The notes below the pieces were generated by a model that saw only the letters and a list, made by a program, of their open reading frames with translations, searched no databases and was not told the origin of the DNA. Shown here one piece after another: positions 10,337 through 21,000 of a DNA stretch of 64,000 nt. Origin of the DNA: an uncultured Candidatus Actinomarinales bacterium (lineage in GTDB: Bacteria; Actinomycetota; Acidimicrobiia; Actinomarinales; Actinomarinaceae); contig CAXBVE010000001.1 of NCBI GenBank assembly GCA_963979435.1, positions 65,420 through 129,419 of the forward strand. The letters are read 5' to 3'. The position numbers and the translations under genes are program-made. Within the stretch, counting starts at the first letter, position 1. Each line of letters starts with the position of its first letter.

Positions 10337-11356
10337 ATGAGACCTAAAAATTATACAGCTGTAATCAAAGTCATGGGTGTTGGCGGTGGGGGTACAAATG
10401 CTGTCAATCGAATGATGAAAATGAATATTGGCGGAGTAGATTTTGTAGCTTGTAATACAGACGCACAAAGCCTACTTGGCTCCAAAGCTGATATGAAACT
10501 TGATCTTGGAAGAAAATCAACAAGAGGCCTTGGTGCGGGTGCTAATCCTGAGGTTGGCAGACAAGCTGCTATTGATTCTGAAGAATTAATTATTGAAGCC
10601 CTTAAAGGTTCAGATATGGTATTTATTGCTGCTGGTGAAGGTGGGGGAACTGGTACTGGAGCTTCACCTGTAATCGCAAATATTGCACATGAATTGGGTG
10701 CCTTAACTGTTGGTGTTGTAACTCGACCTTTCGGTTTCGAAGGAAGAAGAAGATCTGTTCAGGCTGAAGAAGGAATTCAGGCTTTAAGAGATGTAGTAGA
10801 TACTCTAATTGTGATTCCTAACGATAGATTATTACAAATAAGTGATAAGGATATAAAAGTCAGCGAAGCTTACATTAAATCTGATGAAATCTTAGCTAAT
10901 GGTGTCAAAGGCATTACTGGTCTAATAACAAATCCGGGTGTTATAAATGTTGACTTTGCAGATGTTAGAACAATACTTAAAGATGCAGGAAACGCAGTTC
11001 TTGGTATAGGTAGATCCACAGGAGAACAAAGAGCTCCAAATGCCGCACAAGCTGCAATATCTTCGCCACTACTAGAAGCAAATATGGATGGTGCTGAAGG
11101 TGTTTTGATTACAATAGCAGGATCTGAAGACTTAAAACTTCAAGAGGTGAATGAAGCTGCAAGAGTAATTACAGAACGTGCAGATGATAATGCTGAAATT
11201 ATATTTGGACACACAGTGGATGAAACCTTGGGTGATGCTGTTGAAGTAACCGTAGTTGCTGCCGGATTTGGGCCTAGACCAACAAGAAAGCCAAAAGATT
11301 TTGATGAAAATCAAGACTCCGGAGGTGACGGTCTTCCTGACTTCATCAAGGGATGA
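10337..11356 (+). CDS. ftsZ: Cell division GTPase FtsZ
   Basis: IKVMGVGGGGTNAV and the tubulin signature GGGTGTG. Start moved to ATG 10337, which is preceded by AAAGGAG 12 nt upstream. The track start at 10289 is probably too early. Confidence 0.95.
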   Translation: MRPKNYTAVIKVMGVGGGGTNAVNRMMKMNIGGVDFVACNTDAQSLLGSKADMKLDLGRKSTRGLGAGANPEVGRQAAIDSEELIIEALKGSDMVFIAAGEGGGTGTGASPVIANIAHELGALTVGVVTRPFGFEGRRRSVQAEEGIQALRDVVDTLIVIPNDRLLQISDKDIKVSEAYIKSDEILANGVKGITGLITNPGVINVDFADVRTILKDAGNAVLGIGRSTGEQRAPNAAQAAISSPLLEANMDGAEGVLITIAGSEDLKLQEVNEAARVITERADDNAEIIFGHTVDETLGDAVEVTVVAAGFGPRPTRKPKDFDENQDSGGDGLPDFIKG

Positions 11357-11958
11357 TTGAGTCTTCATTTATTCAACAAAGTTACTTTAGTAACAAAATT
11401 GATGGAAATGATTTAGCTGACATTTTAAGGAGCCAAAAACCTTCAGGTGAAATGCTCCTTGATGTTGCTCAGATGAATCAAACCCACAGCAATAAGATTG
11501 AGTGTATTGAGACAGAAGGTATTTTTCCTTCTGATGGACTGGTTACATCAACAAAAAATATATCATTAGTCGTTAAAACTGCTGATTGCATGCCTGTACT
11601 AATTAAAACAGAAGCATCAATTGCTGCCTTACATGTAGGTTGGAAAGGCTTACAAAATGATATTTTCGACTTGGCTTTAAGGAAAATTGCCGGTACTAAC
11701 ATTAAGGTTTCAGTTGGACCTCATGCTCAAAGTTGTTGCTACGAGATACAAAATGATGTAGCCAAATTATTTCCCGAAAGTGTTTTAAAAAGAAAAAATA
11801 AAATGTATTTAAACTTGTCTAAACAAATTGTAAATTCTTGCCAATTAAACGACATAGAAATTCAAGTATCAAAAAATTGTACTGTTTGTGATAATAATTT
11901 CTGGTCCTTTAGAGAAAATAAAACAGCACAAAGACAGTATTCTTTTATATGGATATAA
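11353..11958 (+). CDS. pgeF: YfiH/PgeF family purine-nucleoside phosphorylase / peptidoglycan editing factor (DUF152)
   Basis: Conserved His-Cys-His positions (HSNKIE, TADCMPVL, LHVGWKG). It holds the conserved actinobacterial position directly after ftsZ. Confidence 0.7.
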   Translation: MIESSFIQQSYFSNKIDGNDLADILRSQKPSGEMLLDVAQMNQTHSNKIECIETEGIFPSDGLVTSTKNISLVVKTADCMPVLIKTEASIAALHVGWKGLQNDIFDLALRKIAGTNIKVSVGPHAQSCCYEIQNDVAKLFPESVLKRKNKMYLNLSKQIVNSCQLNDIEIQVSKNCTVCDNNFWSFRENKTAQRQYSFIWI

Positions 11959-12563
11959 AAAACTTAGAAAAAATAGTTAATAAAATTTCAAAATTTAATG
12001 CGAGGTTATTACCTGTCGTTAAAAATCAGAATATAGAAGACATAAACAAGTTGATTAATTTTGGAATCAAAGATCTGGGTGAAAATAGGTTAGATGAACT
12101 TCATCTACACCACCAACATTTCCCAGATAGTAATTATCACTTTATTGCACCATTGCAATCAAGAAAAATTTCGGAAATATTAAGCAAGTGTGTGACATTA
12201 CATTCGATCTCCAGAGAGAAGGAGCTTGATGTAATTTCCAAAACCTATTCTGATCAAAATATATTTATACAGGTAAATATCGATAATGATCCCAATAAGA
12301 GTGGTATTAGTGGAGATAATTTAAACGATTTTATTGATTATTCTCTAACCCTTGGTATACAGCCAGTAGGTTTAATGTGTATACCTAATATAGAATCTAA
12401 TAGAAAAAAGGTGTTTTCTTCGATGCAAAAATTAAATGAAAAAATAAAAATTCAGTATAAAAACTATCCTGGTGAATTATCTATGGGCATGTCTGATGAT
12501 TATGAGATTGCTCTAGATTACGGTGCTACAATAATACGTGTAGGTAGTAAAATATTTTTATAA
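11949..12563 (+). CDS. yggS: YggS family pyridoxal phosphate homeostasis protein
   Basis: Alanine-racemase N-terminal-like fold with C-terminal ELSMGMSDDYEIALDYGATIIRVGSKIF. Conserved position yfiH-yggS-sepF. Confidence 0.7.
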   Translation: MDIKNLEKIVNKISKFNARLLPVVKNQNIEDINKLINFGIKDLGENRLDELHLHHQHFPDSNYHFIAPLQSRKISEILSKCVTLHSISREKELDVISKTYSDQNIFIQVNIDNDPNKSGISGDNLNDFIDYSLTLGIQPVGLMCIPNIESNRKKVFSSMQKLNEKIKIQYKNYPGELSMGMSDDYEIALDYGATIIRVGSKIFL

Positions 12564-13003
12564 TGTTAGAAAAATTCTTAATAGCAATTGGACTCAAGCA
12601 ACCACAAAACCTAAGTTTTGATGATTCACCTCAACAAAATAGAACAGTAAGACCTTCGACAGAAAACAGATTTTCTACAGATGAACAAGTTGGAGATGTT
12701 AGAATTCACAATCCGAAAGATGAAGTAGAGATTAAAGTACTGAAGTCATTTAATGATATCCATAGTTTAGGTAATGTTGTAAAAGAAGACTACATTGTTG
12801 CAATGGATATTCGAGATATATCTGATCAAACAGACCGTAGAAGAATTATAGATTTTGTAACTGGCATGGCTTTTATCAGCGACGCAAAAATAAGATCAAT
12901 TAATAAAGATGGAGTATATTTACTGCTTCCTGCATCAGCATCACTGCCGTCTAGCGAAAGAGAAAGGCTCCAAAACTTGGGTCTTTACAATATTAATGTG
13001 TAG
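12563..13003 (+). CDS. sepF: Cell division protein SepF
   Basis: DUF552 core (VAMDIRDISDQTDRRRIIDFVTGMAFISDAKI). SepF is the FtsZ membrane anchor in Actinobacteria, which lack FtsA. Confidence 0.8.
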   Translation: MLEKFLIAIGLKQPQNLSFDDSPQQNRTVRPSTENRFSTDEQVGDVRIHNPKDEVEIKVLKSFNDIHSLGNVVKEDYIVAMDIRDISDQTDRRRIIDFVTGMAFISDAKIRSINKDGVYLLLPASASLPSSERERLQNLGLYNINV

Positions 13004-13262
13004 CTTACTGATACTCTTTTTCAGATTTTTCTCATATGCTCTATTCGCATGGATAATTTTAAGTTGGGTTCAAGTTTCGCCTGAGCATCCTCTGGGTCAA
13101 GTGAAATATGTATTAGATAAAGGTTTTACAAGAATTTTAGAACCGATACGTTCAAGAATGCCTACCCTTCGAATAGGTATGGCTGGTTTAGATTTATCAC
13201 CACTCGTTTTAATATTTGGAGTTAACCTATTACAGCCTTATCTACTAAGAGCTGTTTGCTAA
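12996..13262 (+). CDS. yggT: YggT family membrane protein
   Basis: Small 2-TM protein directly after sepF. Start chosen at ATG 12996 (8-nt overlap). The longer track ORF from 12909 runs inside sepF. Confidence 0.6.
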   Translation: MCSLLILFFRFFSYALFAWIILSWVQVSPEHPLGQVKYVLDKGFTRILEPIRSRMPTLRIGMAGLDLSPLVLIFGVNLLQPYLLRAVC

Positions 13263-16200
13263 GATTTTTCAATTTGTATTGAAATCGAGTAGTTCAACAA
13301 ATTTTCTATCCCAGGTTTTTTAACAGTAGAAAAACTTACTGAGAGAGTCTCATTTTGAATATATTTTACGTGAGATTTAATAGCCGAAAGCACTATTTCA
13401 TCTTCAGAAGAAATAGTAGTAATGATTCTATCAGTTATGTCATAATCACTTTCTTTACGCAACTTTTGTATGAGGGAAACAATTTCTCTAGAGATTCTTT
13501 CTTCAAGCAATTCATCATCTATGTCTGTATTTAATGAGATTAGAAAATCATTAACAATATCTTGATTCGGCCTATCAGCTGTTGCAACTAACTGTAAATC
13601 TAAACTGTGTAAATCAATTTTTTGATTACTAAAGGTAAAAGATCCAGCTTCAATAATATCTGCAATTTCATCTTGATTTAGTGAATCTAACTCTGATTTA
13701 AGTTTGTTAACATCTTTTCCTAGTTTCGGTCCCAATTCTTGATAGTTTGGTTTACAAATATATTTAACCCACTCAGATATATTATTTTCAAAAATAATTT
13801 CTTTCACGTTTAGTTCATTAAGTATTATGTGCTCTACATTTTTTAATTCGTTTTGTAGGCTTGTATCGTTAGTAACAATTTTTAAACTTCTTAAAGGTTG
13901 CTTATTAGGCATCTCTACATTAAGCCTTATATTTCGTGCGGATCTTATAATATCTTTAGCAGTTGAGATTTCTTTCTCTAATTGAGTATTTATTAAATTG
14001 TTATCTGCAACGGGATAGTTTTCATAATGGATACTTGTATCTTCCTCCTCAACTAAGCCCTGATAAATTTGCTCACAGATGAAGGGGAGTACAGGAGCCA
14101 TTGTCTTTGAAAATTCTAATAAAACTTCATGCAAGGTTTTAAATGCATTAATTTTATCAAGATCATCAACGCCTTTTTCTTTCCAAAATCTTTTTCGGTT
14201 TGATCTAACATACCAGTTCGTTAATTCGTCGATAAAACTTATTAGTGGTGGGATAACTTCATATAAATAATAGTTCTCCATTTTTTCGTTCACAGTTTTA
14301 ATAAGTGATTGTAAAGTAGAAATAATCCATTGATCCATTAATGGCCTATTTTCAACAGGGTCAGCTTTACTTAATTCTTCCATTGTAATTTCATCTGCGT
14401 TTGCGTAGTTGGAGAAAAATGTAAAACTATTCCATAGCGGCAAGATTACATTTCTAGTAACTAGCTGCACACCATCTTCAGAAAACTTAAGAGGTTCACC
14501 TCTTACAACTGGTGAATTTATTAGATAAGCTCTCAAACTATCTCCACCATAGCTATTGAGTAATTCTTCAGGATCTGGATAATTTTTTAAACTTTTACTC
14601 ATCTTTCTGCCATCTTCAGCCAAAATCATTCCTGTAGTTATACAATTTTTAAAAGCTACGGAATCAAATAATGCAACTGATAAAATTGTAAGCGTGTAAA
14701 ACCAACCTCTTGTTTGATCTAGTCCCTCAGCTATGAAGTCTGCGGGAAAACCATCCGAAAAATTTTCTTTATTTTCAAATGGATAATGCTGTTGGCCATA
14801 CGGCATAGAACCTGATTCAAACCAACAATCAAGAACTTCTGAAGTTCTTACATATTTCTTACCTTTTATTTCTATTTCAATATCGTCTAAGTAGTGTTTA
14901 TGAAGATCGTCTACCTTAACACCGCTTAACTCTTCAAGTTCCTCAATAGATCCAATACAGATCTGATCAGATGGATCTTCAGTGTTTATCCAGACTGGAA
15001 TACAGCTTCCCCAGTATCTGTTTCTACTAATCGCCCAGTCACGAGCGTTACCAAGCCAATTTGAGAAACGTTTCTCTCCTATGAAACCAGGTACCCAATG
15101 GGTTTCTTCATTTAACTCAACCATACGATCTCTTATTTTCTCTACTCTCACAAACCAAGTAGGAATAGCTTTATATATTAGAGGAGTACCAGTTCTCCAA
15201 CAGAAGGGGTAAGAGTGCATTTCTGTCTTTTGACTAAAAAGGGAACCACGTTCTTTTAGTTGGTTCATTATTACCTTGTCTGCATCTTTTACGTTTAATC
15301 CCTCAATACCGCTTATTGAATTATCAAATTTACCCGATAGGGTAACGGGATCAACAATCACATCGATATTTGCATCTTTCAGTGCATAAAAATCACTCTC
15401 ACCATATGCAGGAGCTTGAGAAACTAAACCAGAGCCGGCTTCAGTATTAGTGTCATCGCTATGAATTAATCGAAATGCTCCATTGGAGTATTCATGCTCA
15501 TACTCACTGTACGCTGGAATGTATTCAGCACCAATCATATCTGCACCAATTGACTCATCTAAAATTTTATATTCATACTCCTTTAACTCTGAAATAAGAT
15601 TTTTAGCTATCCAAAATATGTCATCTGTTATTTGAATTCTCAGATATTCTATCTCTTTTCCAATGGCTATTGCTAAATTTCCTGGAATGCACCATGGGGT
15701 AGTTGTCCAGACTAAAAATTTGTCTGATTTTTTTATTTTATTAAAGTCACCACGAGCTGTAAGCGTAAAAAATATTGAGGGGTCTTCAACATCCCTGTAG
15801 TCCATATTGGCTTCGAAATTTGATAATGGTGTGGCTGCCGACCAAGAGTATGGTAAAACTTTATAATCTTTATATATTAAGTCATTTTCCCATAAGTTTT
15901 TAAATACCCACCAGACACTTTCCATAAAGTCAATATCCATAGTTTTGTAATCATTCTCAAAATCTACCCACCTACCGATTTTTCTAGTGACTCGTTCCCA
16001 ATTTTCTGTATTAGTTTGCACTTGGCTTCTACATGCTTCATTAAACTTACCTATACCAAAATCATTAATTTGTTGAGGATCGTCTAACCCCAGTTGTTTC
16101 TGTACTTCCATTTCAATAGGCAAACCATGTACATCCCAGCCGAATCTTCTTTCTACATAATATCCTCGCATAGTCCAGTACCTTGGAACTATATCTTTTA

Positions 16201-16390
16201 TTACTCCTGCAAGTAAGTTGCCATAATGTGGGCTTCCTGTAGGAAATGGAGGTCCATCGTAGAATCTAAAAACCTTTTGATCTTTCCGATTCTCCATTGA
16301 GTTATCAAATGCGTTTATTTCATCCCAGTAAGCAGATATATTCTGTTCTTGGGATGCAAGATTAATATTATTGTTAACTCTTTTGAACAT
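13259..16390 (-). CDS. ileS: Isoleucine--tRNA ligase (type 2, long form)
   Basis: Class I HIGH motif (PHYGNLLAG) and KMSKS. 1043 aa. Conserved neighbour of lspA in Actinobacteria. Confidence 0.95.
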   Translation of the reverse strand: MFKRVNNNINLASQEQNISAYWDEINAFDNSMENRKDQKVFRFYDGPPFPTGSPHYGNLLAGVIKDIVPRYWTMRGYYVERRFGWDVHGLPIEMEVQKQLGLDDPQQINDFGIGKFNEACRSQVQTNTENWERVTRKIGRWVDFENDYKTMDIDFMESVWWVFKNLWENDLIYKDYKVLPYSWSAATPLSNFEANMDYRDVEDPSIFFTLTARGDFNKIKKSDKFLVWTTTPWCIPGNLAIAIGKEIEYLRIQITDDIFWIAKNLISELKEYEYKILDESIGADMIGAEYIPAYSEYEHEYSNGAFRLIHSDDTNTEAGSGLVSQAPAYGESDFYALKDANIDVIVDPVTLSGKFDNSISGIEGLNVKDADKVIMNQLKERGSLFSQKTEMHSYPFCWRTGTPLIYKAIPTWFVRVEKIRDRMVELNEETHWVPGFIGEKRFSNWLGNARDWAISRNRYWGSCIPVWINTEDPSDQICIGSIEELEELSGVKVDDLHKHYLDDIEIEIKGKKYVRTSEVLDCWFESGSMPYGQQHYPFENKENFSDGFPADFIAEGLDQTRGWFYTLTILSVALFDSVAFKNCITTGMILAEDGRKMSKSLKNYPDPEELLNSYGGDSLRAYLINSPVVRGEPLKFSEDGVQLVTRNVILPLWNSFTFFSNYANADEITMEELSKADPVENRPLMDQWIISTLQSLIKTVNEKMENYYLYEVIPPLISFIDELTNWYVRSNRKRFWKEKGVDDLDKINAFKTLHEVLLEFSKTMAPVLPFICEQIYQGLVEEEDTSIHYENYPVADNNLINTQLEKEISTAKDIIRSARNIRLNVEMPNKQPLRSLKIVTNDTSLQNELKNVEHIILNELNVKEIIFENNISEWVKYICKPNYQELGPKLGKDVNKLKSELDSLNQDEIADIIEAGSFTFSNQKIDLHSLDLQLVATADRPNQDIVNDFLISLNTDIDDELLEERISREIVSLIQKLRKESDYDITDRIITTISSEDEIVLSAIKSHVKYIQNETLSVSFSTVKKPGIENLLNYSISIQIEKS

Positions 16391-16513
16391 ATCTTTAAAA
16401 TTTTAAAGCTTTTTCAATTAAATATGTCATTAATAGAGATTATTTAAAAGTTTATAAAATACTTAACTTTTCGTGGAAATTTACTATGATATTTAAATTA
16501 ATAGGAAATATAT
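16391..16513. promoter_or_regulatory. Divergent AT-rich intergenic region: presumed promoters for ileS (-) and the dksA-like/lspA operon (+)
   Basis: A 123-bp AT-rich spacer between divergent genes. No T-box-like conserved sequence (AGGGTGG/ACCGCG) is seen on the ileS strand. Confidence 0.3.
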
Positions 16514-16891
16514 ATGACAAGAAAATTATCAGCTAATACCGTAAATAAATTCAAGAAAAAACTTGAACAAGAACAAGTAAACCTTAAAGGCATTTTAGAA
16601 AGACACCAAGAAGAGCGTGAAAAAGTCAGGCTTTCTGAAGGATCAGCTGAAAGAAGTCCAGATCCATCAGAGGCTGATGGTGGTTCAATGGCTTTTGAAT
16701 TAGAAAAAGAGTTAACTTTGGATGAAAATACAAAATATCTCTTGAATCAAGTTGAGCACGCACTTTTTCTAATAAAGAAGAAAAAATACGGTATATGTGA
16801 AAATTGTGGAATTGCTATTCCGGTAGCAAGACTTGAGGCTTTACCCTATTCGTCAAATTGTAAAGATTGTGCCGTTTTAATTGACTCTTAA
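16514..16891 (+). CDS. DksA/TraR family C4-type zinc-finger protein
   Basis: C-terminal CENCGIAIPVARLEALPYSSNCKDC four-cysteine finger with an N-terminal coiled-coil region. Conserved upstream of lspA in Actinobacteria. Confidence 0.6.
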   Translation: MTRKLSANTVNKFKKKLEQEQVNLKGILERHQEEREKVRLSEGSAERSPDPSEADGGSMAFELEKELTLDENTKYLLNQVEHALFLIKKKKYGICENCGIAIPVARLEALPYSSNCKDCAVLIDS

Positions 16892-17339
16892 AAAGTACCT
16901 TTACCCAACTATTACAGTAATTTCTTTAGCTCTGATAGATAATTTAACAAAGTATTATGTCAGAATTGAAAATATTCAAGAGTTGGTCTTAATAGAAAAC
17001 TTTTTAACTATCGACCTTACTTACAATACCGGCATAGCTTTTGGATTTCTAAGCGATTACACAAATACTACATATGTGGTTTCTTTATTAGTTCTAGTGT
17101 GGTTGGTGTTCCAAATAAAAGATTCTAAAAATAGTTCACTTGAACTTTATTCCTATATTTTAATACTTGGAGGTGCTCTAGGGAACTTATCTGAAAGAGG
17201 TTGGAATCTAGTGACTAACAACGGTGGGAAAGTAACAGATTTTGTAGAACTACTATTTATTCCAAGTTTTAACTTTGCTGATTCCTTAATAAGCATTGGA
17301 ATCACCATATTATTATTTTCGGAGTTCAAAAATAAGTAA
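16881..17339 (+). CDS. lspA: Lipoprotein signal peptidase II
   Basis: NTGIAFGF and FNFAD catalytic motifs. About 150 aa with 4 TM helices. Confidence 0.8.
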   Translation: MTLKKYLYPTITVISLALIDNLTKYYVRIENIQELVLIENFLTIDLTYNTGIAFGFLSDYTNTTYVVSLLVLVWLVFQIKDSKNSSLELYSYILILGGALGNLSERGWNLVTNNGGKVTDFVELLFIPSFNFADSLISIGITILLFSEFKNK

Positions 17340-18006
17340 CTTAAAAGTAGTCTACGAAGATGATAATTTCATAATTTTTAATAAACCTAACGGTTTGCTT
17401 ACTCATCCTACTAATAAATCTACAGAATTTACTTTACGAGACTATCTCGTGGAGGAGCATCCGAGCATTTTATCTTGGGGTGAGGAAAATAGAGAGGGAA
17501 TTGTTCATAGATTAGACAGAGTCACATCAGGACTAATAGTTTGTGCTCTGAATTTGGAATCTTATAATCTTCTAAAAGGAAAATTCAAGAATAGAGAAAT
17601 CACAAAATCTTATGTTGCTTTAATCGAGGGATCTCTCCCTTCAGATTCTGGAATTTTAAACCTTCCATTAGCCCGTTCATTGAAAAATCGTAGTAAACGA
17701 ACCGTTGACACTAACGGACGAAATTCAACTACTAAGTATGAGGTACTAAATTTTTATGAAGATTTAAATATTTCTAAAATTGAACTTGATCTTATAACAG
17801 GCAGGAATCATCAAATTAGAGCACACATGGAATATATGAAAACACCGGTACTTAACGACACACTTTATAACGCATCTAAAAATCATATAATTCCAGAGAA
17901 TTCAATTGCGCTTCATTCTGCTGTATTAAAATTTACACTAGACAATGATAAATATTCTTTCAGCTCTGAGGTACCTTCTTTTTTTAATCGAGTGATAGAT
18001 GTGTAA
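17296..18006 (+). CDS. rluD: RluA/RluD family pseudouridine synthase (short form, no obvious S4 domain)
   Basis: Catalytic HRLDRVTSGLIV motif. Conserved lspA-rluD pairing. The exact start is uncertain because the ORF overlaps the lspA end. Confidence 0.75.
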   Translation: MESPYYYFRSSKISNLKVVYEDDNFIIFNKPNGLLTHPTNKSTEFTLRDYLVEEHPSILSWGEENREGIVHRLDRVTSGLIVCALNLESYNLLKGKFKNREITKSYVALIEGSLPSDSGILNLPLARSLKNRSKRTVDTNGRNSTTKYEVLNFYEDLNISKIELDLITGRNHQIRAHMEYMKTPVLNDTLYNASKNHIIPENSIALHSAVLKFTLDNDKYSFSSEVPSFFNRVIDV

Positions 18007-18035
18007 TTATTAAAAAATACTTTTAAGATGTTTTT

Positions 18036-21000
18036 ATGAGTAAATCCTTTGTCCATCTACATGCCCACACTGAGTATTCAATGCTGGATGGAGCTGCAAA
18101 AATACAAACATACATAGATCGAGTAAAAGAGCTTCACCAACCTGCAGCTGCGATTACTGACCATGGAAATCTTTATGGTGCTTTGGAATTTCATAACATA
18201 GCCAAAAAAAATGGCGTAAAACCCATTATCGGATATGAAGCCTACATCACAACAGAATCTAGATTTGACCGTCCAGATAGAAATAAAAACAAACGCTACC
18301 ATTTAACACTTTTAGCAGAAAATAATGAAGGGTACTGGAATCTGGTACAACTTGCTAGCAAAGCCTTTACAGAGGGTTATTACTACAAGCCCAGGCTTGA
18401 TTATGACTTATTGAGAATCCACTCAAAAGGTATCATAGCTTTATCTGGTTGCCTTGGAGGAGAGGTTGCCCAGCATTTGGCTCCAGACGGCTCTATAGAA
18501 GAGGGTAACAATCAAGGTGAAAGAAGTTATCAGAAAGCCCTAGAAAAGGCAGATTTGTATCAAAGCATTTTTGGTAAAGAAAATTTTTATATAGAACTTC
18601 ATAACCATGGGATTAAACAACAAGAGATAATACTTCCAGACTTATTAAAAATATCAAACGAGCTTTCAGCTCCATTAGTTGCAACAAATGATTCACACTA
18701 CGTAAACCCTGAAGATTCTTCTGCTCATGATGCGTTGCTTTGTGTACAAACTAACGCGACTATTGATGATGATTCGAGATTTAAGTTTGAAGGAGAAGGA
18801 TACTATGTTAAATCTTCGGAGGAGATGAGAACACTTTTTAACGATTCGGAGTACCCAGGTGCTTGTGATAACACTTTGGAAATAGCTGATAGAGTTGAAT
18901 ACAATTTTGAATCTGGGAAGTATTATCTCCCAGCTTTTCCGATTGATGATCCAAACTTAACGGTTGAAGACTATCTTAAAAATCTTGTCTACGAAGGTGC
19001 AAAGTCTATATACCAAGAAATAACTGATGAGATCACTGAACGAATAGAGTATGAGCTTGAAGTAATTAATTCTATGGGATTTGCTTCTTATTTTTTAATC
19101 GTTGGAGATCTTATTCAGTATGCAAAAGAAAATAATATCAGAACTGGTGCAGGAAGGGGTTCTGCTGCAGGATCTATTGTCTCATATTGTCTTGGGATAA
19201 CAGGAATAGAACCTTTAAAATATGGGTTGCTCTTTGAAAGGTTCCTTAATAAAGGCCGTAAAGAACTACCTGATATTGATATGGATATTGATGAACGTTA
19301 TCGAAAAGATGTTATCGAATATGTTATTGGCAAATATGGAGAAGATAAAGTTGCTCACATAGTTACTTTTGCAACCATTAAAGCAAAACAAGCTATTCGC
19401 GATGCATCGAGAGTATTAGGTCTTCCATTTTCAGCAGGAGACAAGGTTGCAAAACTCATGCCACCTATGATATTAGGAAATACTGCAACACTGAGCGAAT
19501 GTTTGCAGTTAGATGAGGAAAATAATAGTGGCTACAGTAAAGAGTTTTATACTGCATCAGCTGAATTAAGAAATCAATATAAAAATGATGAAGAGGTTAA
19601 AAGAATAATTGATATAGCTCTTGGCCTAGAGGGCTTAAGAAGACAAGATGGAATCCATGCTGCCGCTGTAGTTATATCTCCAGAAGCTATCACAAATTAT
19701 TTACCGGTACAAAAAAAAGGAAAAGATGCAGAGTTAGTAACTCAGTTTGAAATGCACACAGTAGAACAACTTGGGTTGTTAAAAATGGATTTTTTAGGTC
19801 TCAGGAATCTTTCAATTATTGATAGAACTGTTGAACTTATTAATAATGAAGATTTTAATATTGATGAAATACCATTAGATGACAAAAAAACATTTGAATT
19901 ATTTTCAACAGGACGCATGATTGGAGTTTTCCAACTTGAGAGTAGAATAGCTCAAATTACTGCAAGAAGTTTGAAACCTACTAGGTTTGAAGAAATCGTT
20001 GCTTTAGTTGCTTTAATAAGACCTGGACCCTTGGGTGCAAATATGCATATTGAATTTGCAGATAGGGCCACAGGTAAAAAAGAGATAGAGTTTTTACATA
20101 CAGATCTCAAAGAGATATTAGAAGAAACATATGGAGTAATTTTATATCAAGAACAAGTTATGCAGATTGCTCAAAAAATCTCAGCATTCCAATTAGACGA
20201 AGCTGATGATCTCCGAAAGGCAATGGGTAAGAAAATACCAAAAGTTATGGAACAACAAAGAAAAAAATTTACTGATGGAGCTATTAGTAATGGTTATTCA
20301 GAGCAGTTTTCAATCGAACTCTTCGATCAAATAGCATTTTTTGCTGGGTACGGATTTAACAAGAGTCACTCAGTTCCTTATGCTCTTATTGCTTATCAAA
20401 CAGCCTATCTTAAAGCTAATCATCCCGCAGAGTATCTATCAGCATGTTTAACTGCTGTTAAGAGAGATAAGGACAGAACCGCAATATTTCTGGCTGAAGC
20501 TAGGGAGCTTGGAGTAAATGTGAAGACTCCTGACATTAATTTAAGTATTGAAGATTTTTCTGTCGCCAATGGAGAAATTTTGTTTGGGTTATCAGCTATT
20601 AGAAATGTCGGGGATGTAACAGCGGAAAAAATTGTAGCAGAAAGGGAAAGTGGAAATTACGAGACAGTACAGGATTTTTTAGCACGTACAGATTCCAGAT
20701 CTTTAAACAAAAGGGGAGTCGAAGCCATGATTCAAGGTGGAGCTTTTGATCAGTTTGGATTTCCTAGAAGAGGTTTATATGAATCAATAATTGACCTTAT
20801 AGAAGATGCTAAAGGTTTAAAGAAAGAAAAAGACAACTCTCAAGCCTCTCTCTTTGACCTTGACGAACAAACAAACGAACTCACAACTATAAAAAATGTT
20901 GAATGGGAAAAAAAGGAACTCCTTGACAGAGAACGAGAAATGTTAGGTTTTTTTGTTAGTGAGGACCCCTTAGAAGGTTATGGAGAGATATTTAGATCTG

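Noticed and set aside
16391-16513. T-box riboswitch upstream of ileS
   Set aside because: The spacer is too short and the conserved T-box core sequence is not visible on the ileS strand.
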